Source of the DNA: Candidatus Latescibacterota bacterium | GTDB lineage: Bacteria; Latescibacterota; UBA2968; UBA8231 | DNA: 64,000 nucleotides | Assembly (NCBI GenBank): GCA_965203175.1 | Contig: OZ241867.1 | Coordinates: forward strand, 2,304,001-2,368,000 | Direction of reading: 5' to 3' | Shown here: in pieces, positions 58,634 through 64,000 of the stretch | Numbering within the stretch: the first letter of the stretch is position 1 | How the letters are laid out: every line of letters begins with the position of its first letter | Made by a program: the position numbers and the translations under genes | The notes under the pieces: model-generated | The model's database searches: none | What the model was told of the DNA's origin: nothing | What the model saw: only the letters and a program-made list of their open reading frames with translations

Positions 58634-59788
58634 TCATCCCTCGCCTTTTATCTCCGCAAACGCCCAATCCAGCCACGGGACTAGCGCTTCAATGTCACTG
58701 GTTTCCACGGTGCCTCCTCCCCAGATCCGCAGGCCGGGCGGTGCGGCGCGGTATCCGTTGATGTCATAGGCCACGCCCTCTTCCTCTAGCTTGGCGACGA
58801 GTGCTTTGACCTTTGCCCGCTGCGCATCCTCGGTTAAATCGGTAAACCACGTATCGGCGATCCGCAGGCAAATCGACGTGCTAGAGCGAATCGCTCGGCG
58901 CGCGGGCAAAAACGCGATCCATTCGCTTGCGGCTTCCCATTGCTCTAGCACTGCGAGGTTGGCCTGCGTGCGCCGCACGAGTTCGGGCAAGCCGCCGATG
59001 CTTTCGGCCCAGCGCAGCCCGTCGAGCGCGTCTTCCACGCACAGTAGGGAGGGCGTGTTGATGGTGTCGCCCTTGAACAGCGCCTCGTTGAGCTGGCCGC
59101 CTTGGGTCATGCGAAAGAGTTTGGGTACGGGCCAAGGTGGCGTGAAGCTGAGGAGCCGCTCGACCGCGCGCGGGCTGAGGCTGAGCATTCCGTGCGCGGC
59201 CTCGCCGCCCATGACCTTTTGCCAAGAGTAGGTTACTACGTCGAGCTTTTCCCAGGGCAGATCCACGGCGAAGACCGCAGACGTGGCGTCGCAGATGATT
59301 AGACCCGTGCGGTCGGCGTCGATCCAGTCGCCGTCGGGCACCTTCACTCCGGAGGTCGTGCCGTTCCATGCAAAAACCACGTCGCGGTCGCAGTCAACTT
59401 GAGACAAGTCGGGCAACTGTCCAAAGTCCGCGTCAAAGACCCGCACGTCCTCTAGCCGCAAGTGTTGGGTGATGTCCGTTGCCCACCCCTTGCTGAAGCT
59501 CTCCCAAGACAGGACATCGACGCCGCGGACGCCCAGCAGCGACCACAGGCACATCTCCACGGCACCCGTATCCGAACCCGGCACTACGGCCATGCGGTAA
59601 TCAGCCGGTACACCCAGTAGCGCACGCGACCGCTCGATGACTTCTTGCAGCTTGGCTCGCCCGACTGCGGCACGGTGCGAGCGTCCTATGACCGCGTCTT
59701 TTAGAGCCGCAAGATTCCACCCGGGGCGTTTGGCGCAAGGGCCGGAGGAAAAACAGGGATTTTGCGGTTTAACTGCTGGCTTGGTCAT
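58634..59788 (-). CDS. serC: Phosphoserine aminotransferase (Methanosarcina/alphaproteobacterial type)
   Basis: [41 protein letters not shown]. Confidence 0.95.
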   Translation of the reverse strand: MTKPAVKPQNPCFSSGPCAKRPGWNLAALKDAVIGRSHRAAVGRAKLQEVIERSRALLGVPADYRMAVVPGSDTGAVEMCLWSLLGVRGVDVLSWESFSKGWATDITQHLRLEDVRVFDADFGQLPDLSQVDCDRDVVFAWNGTTSGVKVPDGDWIDADRTGLIICDATSAVFAVDLPWEKLDVVTYSWQKVMGGEAAHGMLSLSPRAVERLLSFTPPWPVPKLFRMTQGGQLNEALFKGDTINTPSLLCVEDALDGLRWAESIGGLPELVRRTQANLAVLEQWEAASEWIAFLPARRAIRSSTSICLRIADTWFTDLTEDAQRAKVKALVAKLEEEGVAYDINGYRAAPPGLRIWGGGTVETSDIEALVPWLDWAFAEIKGEG

Positions 59789-60550
59789 CTACTCGGTCCG
59801 CGCCAGCATCCCGCCGTCCACGGTTAATGAAGTTCCGGTGATGAAGGACGCTTCGTCCGAAGCGAGAAACAGCACGGCGTTGGCGATGTCTTCGCCCGTG
59901 CCCAAGCGCTGAGCTGGTACCATCTTGGCGTAGCGCACTCGCTCCTCCTCCGGCACTTGTAGGTCGTCCCACAAGGGCGTCAGAATGGCACCGGGCAACA
60001 CCGCGCAGACGCGAATGTCTGGCCCGTAGTCAATGGCGAGGGTCCGCGTCAGGCCCAAGACTCCGGCCTTGGCCGCGTCGTAGGCCGTGGCCGTGGCAAA
60101 GCTGACCAGCGAATGCACTGAGCCGGTGTTGATGATCACGCCGCCTCCGGTTTTGCGCATGACTGGGATGCCGTATTTGGCGGCGAGGAAAATCGCCTTT
60201 AGGCCGATGTTTAAGGTGCCGTCCCAATCCTTTTCGTCGAGTTCGGTCGCCGGGCCGTGGCGAAACCATATCGCGTTGTTGTGGACGATATCTACGCGGC
60301 CAAAGGCTTCTTCGGTGCGCTCAAACATCTCGATGACTTGGGCGGACTTGCCCACGTCGGTGCGGACGAAAATGGCTTTGCCGCCGTCGGCCTTGATTTT
60401 ATCGACGACCCGCTGGCCGCCGTCGGCGTTGACATCCACTACGCAGACGGACGCGCCTTCGCGCGCCAGAACTTGCGCGGTGACTTCCCCAATTCCGGAT
60501 GCCGCACCCGTTACAATGGCCGCCTTACCGGCGACTCGATCTTTGTTCAT
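59789..60550 (-). CDS. Short-chain dehydrogenase/reductase
   Basis: TGAASGIG, NNA, YDAAK, VDGG. Confidence 0.93.
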   Translation of the reverse strand: MNKDRVAGKAAIVTGAASGIGEVTAQVLAREGASVCVVDVNADGGQRVVDKIKADGGKAIFVRTDVGKSAQVIEMFERTEEAFGRVDIVHNNAIWFRHGPATELDEKDWDGTLNIGLKAIFLAAKYGIPVMRKTGGGVIINTGSVHSLVSFATATAYDAAKAGVLGLTRTLAIDYGPDIRVCAVLPGAILTPLWDDLQVPEEERVRYAKMVPAQRLGTGEDIANAVLFLASDEASFITGTSLTVDGGMLARTE

Positions 60551-60591
60551 AGTTGATCTCCTGTGTCAGAAGTTGGGTATGCTGTCTTAAA

Positions 60592-60903
60592 TCACGTCCG
60601 CTCATACTGCACCTCCGCCGAACTAAGTATTTCCTCTCGACGCAGCCAGTTGCGGCTGCTTTCGACTCCCTTGAAAGTGTGCAAATCCACTTGCCGACCG
60701 AGTATCTTCGACAGCTCGTCCTGCATGGTGATGAACTCCAGTCCCGGTGTCTGATCCGGCTCGAACTCCACGAGTACATCTACGTCGCTTTCGGGCGTGA
60801 AGTCGTCGCGCAGGACCGAGCCGAATAGGGCCATGCGCCGGATGTGGTTGCGCTGGCAGAAGGCGGCGATCTCTTCTATGGGGATGTCGATTCTCGCGCT
60901 CAT
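60592..60903 (-). CDS. Minimal nucleotidyltransferase (MNT) antitoxin
   Basis: ALFGSVLRDDFTPESDVDVLVEF, GRQVDL. Confidence 0.92.
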   Translation of the reverse strand: MSARIDIPIEEIAAFCQRNHIRRMALFGSVLRDDFTPESDVDVLVEFEPDQTPGLEFITMQDELSKILGRQVDLHTFKGVESSRNWLRREEILSSAEVQYERT

Positions 60904-60909
60904 GGCTTG

Positions 60910-61254
60910 TCAGACGTGCAATTGCAAGTCAAACACGAGTTCCATATTGGCCCACCACTCGCCCTCTTTGGCTTCGGGCACCTGCTGCTGAAAAGTTCGC
61001 ATCAGCTCGTCCCACTCCTTCGCTTTGGGGTTTTGCTCGACGTAGCGCGGGAAGTCGCGGGCTGGATCGAACTCGTCGGTGGCAGTCATGTACATGAACA
61101 TCCGCTGGCCCAAGAGAAAAATTTTCATGTCGGTGATGCCGACCTCGCCAAGGCCCTGAAGTGGCTCGGGCCAAGGGTCGGCGTGGTATGCCTTGTACTG
61201 GGCGATCAGTTCGGGATCGTCTTTCAACTCAAGGGTTAGGCCAAAGTGCTGCAT
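60910..61254 (-). CDS. L-rhamnose mutarotase family
   Basis: LKDDPELIAQYKAYH..WPE, GI..MKIF, FMYM, WANMELVFDL. Confidence 0.85.
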   Translation of the reverse strand: MQHFGLTLELKDDPELIAQYKAYHADPWPEPLQGLGEVGITDMKIFLLGQRMFMYMTATDEFDPARDFPRYVEQNPKAKEWDELMRTFQQQVPEAKEGEWWANMELVFDLQLHV

Positions 61255-62576
61255 TGCGTTCCTCCTTGGTTTTCAGCGCGATAGGCTGCGGCCAAAAGCG
61301 ACACGGGATGGACGACGTCTACGGCGGCTTGGGCGCGGCGGACGCCGTACTGGAGTTGGATGGCGCAGCCCGTGTTGCCCGTGGCCACTGCGGTCGCGCC
61401 GGTCGCGCATACGTGCGCCATCTTGCGGTCGAGTAGCTGCATGGACAGTTCGGGCTGGGTGATGTTGTAGATGCCGGCGCTGCCGCAGCACCAGTCGGCT
61501 TCCACCAGTGGCACGAGTTCCAGATTGGGCACGGCTTGGAGTACCTCTTGCGGGGCTGTGGAAACCCGCTGTCCGTGCTTGAGGTGGCACGACTCGTGGT
61601 AGGCGACCTGTTGTGGGGGCATTGCGGCGCGGGGCTGGCGCAAGCCGATGTCAGCGAGCCACTCGTGGATGTCCTTTACTTTTGCGCTCCACACAGCGGC
61701 TCGCTCCGCATAGGTGGAGTCGTCGGCTAGCAAGCGGTCGTAGTGCTTGCAGTGCAAGCCGCAGCCGCCGGCATTGACGACGATTGCGTCCAGATTTTCA
61801 GCGTCAAAGGCGTCGATGTTGAGCCGCGCCTGCTGCTGCGCCTGTTCGACTGCGCCGTTGTGCGCGTGCAGCGAGCCGCAACACGCTTGGCCTTCCGGCA
61901 GCAGCACTTGGCAGCCGTTGTGCTGCAAGACGCATATTGTATCGGCGTTTACCTCGGCAAAGGAAATGTCTTGGACGCAACCGGCCAACAGCGCGACTCG
62001 GTAGCGCGGTGCGGGCGGATTGGACTGCTGCAAATCTCGACGGTACAACTGGTCGGTAAAGCACGGGGAAATCTGCGGTGCCAGCGGTTCTAAGTCTCCC
62101 AAGCCAAAGGGCAGTAGCCTGAGGAGGCCGCTGCGGCGCGCCAGGGTTTGCAGACCGCTGCGCTGGAATGCGCGCATTAAGCGCGCCACCGTCCGCAGGC
62201 GTGTCTGTTTGGCAAAGAGCCAGCCGAGGATCCAACGGCGCACAAAATTCCGCACTGTACCGTCGAGCAGGCCCTGCCGCTCCACTTCGGCGCGGGCGTT
62301 TTCAAATAGCGCGGCGTAATCCACGCCGGCCGGACATGCGGTCTGACAGGCGAGGCAGCCGAGGCAGAAGTACATCTCTTCGGCAAAGGTCGTACTGGCC
62401 TCTAGCTCGCCATCGGCGATGGCTCGCATCATGGCGATCCGTCCCCTTGGCGAAGAGCGCTCACTCAGGGTCGCGTCGTACGTCGGGCAGGTCGGCAGGC
62501 ACATACCGCAGTGCATGCACTGCTGGAGGACCGAGTAATCCAAGTCTCGGAGCAAGTTCAGGCCGTCGTCGCTCAA
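61236..62576 (-). CDS. glcF: Glycolate oxidase Fe-S subunit
   Basis: CMHCGMCLPTCPTY, SPRGRI, CLGCLACQTACP, two CCG domains. Confidence 0.9.
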   Translation of the reverse strand: MSDDGLNLLRDLDYSVLQQCMHCGMCLPTCPTYDATLSERSSPRGRIAMMRAIADGELEASTTFAEEMYFCLGCLACQTACPAGVDYAALFENARAEVERQGLLDGTVRNFVRRWILGWLFAKQTRLRTVARLMRAFQRSGLQTLARRSGLLRLLPFGLGDLEPLAPQISPCFTDQLYRRDLQQSNPPAPRYRVALLAGCVQDISFAEVNADTICVLQHNGCQVLLPEGQACCGSLHAHNGAVEQAQQQARLNIDAFDAENLDAIVVNAGGCGLHCKHYDRLLADDSTYAERAAVWSAKVKDIHEWLADIGLRQPRAAMPPQQVAYHESCHLKHGQRVSTAPQEVLQAVPNLELVPLVEADWCCGSAGIYNITQPELSMQLLDRKMAHVCATGATAVATGNTGCAIQLQYGVRRAQAAVDVVHPVSLLAAAYRAENQGGTQCSTLA

Positions 62577-63952
62577 TCGAACATGTTCCCTGGGTTTAAG
62601 ATGCCCTTGGGGTCGAAGGCGGTCTTGACCCGCTTGAGAATTTCCAGCCCCACCGGCCCGAGTTGCCCAGGCAAGTAGGGCTTTTTGGCCAAGCCGACTC
62701 CGTGCTCGCCTGTGATGGTTCCGCCCAATTCCACGGCGTGGTCAAAAACCTCGGCCATGGCCTTTTCGACGCGGGTCATTTCCTCGGCGTCGCGCTCGTC
62801 GCACAGGAAGGTGGGGTGCAGGTTGCCGTCGCCGAAGTGGCCGAAGGTTCCCACCCGCACTTGGTGCCGCTGGCCGACCTCCTGTACGTAGGCGACCATG
62901 GCGGCTAGCTCGCTGCGCGGCACGGTGACGTCTTCCAGCACGACCGTCGGTGCCAGTCGCGCCAGCGCGCTAAAGGCCGTGCGCCGGGCCGCGGCGAGTT
63001 GCTGGGCTTCTGCGTCTGAGGCGGCTAGCCGCACGGAACGGGCGCCGCCCTCGCGGGCAATGGCCTCAATCTGAGCGGCCTGCTCGGCGACCTGCGCTGG
63101 ATGCCCATCTACTTCCATCAGCAGCACGGCCTCGCAATCCGTCGGCAGGCCAATGTTGGCGTGGGCCTCCACGCACTCGATGGTAGTGCGGTCGAGGAAT
63201 TCGAGGGTGCAGGGGATGATTTTGTGCGCGATAATCGCCGAGACCGTGGCCGCTGCCTGCGTCATCTCGTCGTAGAGGCCGAGTAGGGTCTTTTTGCTCG
63301 CGGGTGCTGGGACTAGTTTCAGTGTGATCTTGGTAATGACGCCGAGCATCCCCTCGGAGCCGATGAAGAGGTCTTTGAGCGTGAGGCCGGCTACGTCTTT
63401 GACGCATTTGTTGCCGGTCTCTAAAACCTGTCCATCGGCTAGGACCACCTCCAGCCCCATCACGTAGTCGCGCGTCACGCCGTATTTTAACCCGCGCAGC
63501 CCCCCGGAATTATTGGCCACATTGCCGCCGATAGTCGAGATTTTGATAGAGCCGGGATCTGGGGGGTAAAACAGGCCGGCGGCTTGGGCCGCGTCGGCGA
63601 TCTGCTGCGTGAGAACCCCCGGCTGGACGACCATGACTAGGTTGGCCGCGTCTAGCTCTAGGATTTGGTTGAGACGGACCAAGCAAAGCGCCACCCCTCC
63701 TTGCGAGGGAACCGATCCTCCGGCCAACCCAGTGCCTGAGCCGCGCGGCACTACGGGTACTCCGCGCTGGTTGCACAGGGCCAAGAGTTGGGCGACCTCC
63801 TCCCGACTTTCCGGCAGGGCCACGCAGGCGGGTCGGTGGTGCAGTAGGGCAGTCCCGTCGAAGGCATAGACGCTGCAATCCTCGTCCGAGGTCAACAGTT
63901 GGTCTGGACGTAGGAAGGTGCCGAGATCGCTAATCAGGGCGGCGTGATCCAT
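62573..63952 (-). CDS. glcD: Glycolate oxidase FAD subunit
   Basis: PRGSGTGLAGG, PPDPGS, TIGGN, KYGVTRDYV, GSEG, HFGDGNLH, GEHGVG. Confidence 0.9.
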   Translation of the reverse strand: MDHAALISDLGTFLRPDQLLTSDEDCSVYAFDGTALLHHRPACVALPESREEVAQLLALCNQRGVPVVPRGSGTGLAGGSVPSQGGVALCLVRLNQILELDAANLVMVVQPGVLTQQIADAAQAAGLFYPPDPGSIKISTIGGNVANNSGGLRGLKYGVTRDYVMGLEVVLADGQVLETGNKCVKDVAGLTLKDLFIGSEGMLGVITKITLKLVPAPASKKTLLGLYDEMTQAAATVSAIIAHKIIPCTLEFLDRTTIECVEAHANIGLPTDCEAVLLMEVDGHPAQVAEQAAQIEAIAREGGARSVRLAASDAEAQQLAAARRTAFSALARLAPTVVLEDVTVPRSELAAMVAYVQEVGQRHQVRVGTFGHFGDGNLHPTFLCDERDAEEMTRVEKAMAEVFDHAVELGGTITGEHGVGLAKKPYLPGQLGPVGLEILKRVKTAFDPKGILNPGNMFD

Positions 63953-64000
63953 CGCAGGCCTAGACGCGGTAGCTACAATTGGTCGGACAGGTGCTCGGTG

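Overview
GC-rich bacterial chromosomal window with about 55 genes. No rRNA, tRNA, CRISPR array, transposase or integrase was recognised. The gene mix (PhyH dioxygenases, sulfatases, enolase-superfamily enzymes, FlgD-Ig-tailed exported proteins, DUF4159, a DUF6785-like membrane protein, a C-terminal WGxIK motif) suggests a Latescibacterota/Poribacteria-like, possibly sponge-associated heterotroph; this is inference only. Housekeeping genes (proS, thrS, ssb, serC, glcD/glcF) are interspersed with small, partly AT-rich accessory inserts: a C-M-R type II restriction-modification unit, a 5-kb AAA-ATPase/DUF488/HEPN island, a SIR2-SEC-C gene, and a membrane protein plus vWA pair. Best non-obvious signals: (1) an unannotated 38-aa leader peptide with 11 consecutive Thr codons plus terminator/antiterminator before thrS; (2) two defence-like cassettes, each flanked by a diverged duplicate of the 3' end of the neighbouring gene (serC; AAA ATPase), with no integrase; (3) 23-bp-period repeats bracketing the ATPase island; (4) three antitoxin genes whose toxins appear cut to N-terminal stubs; (5) a microprotein-HTH-ssb operon; (6) a complete sigma-54 module driving an exported protein. 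All family calls are by-eye motif recognition, not database searches.
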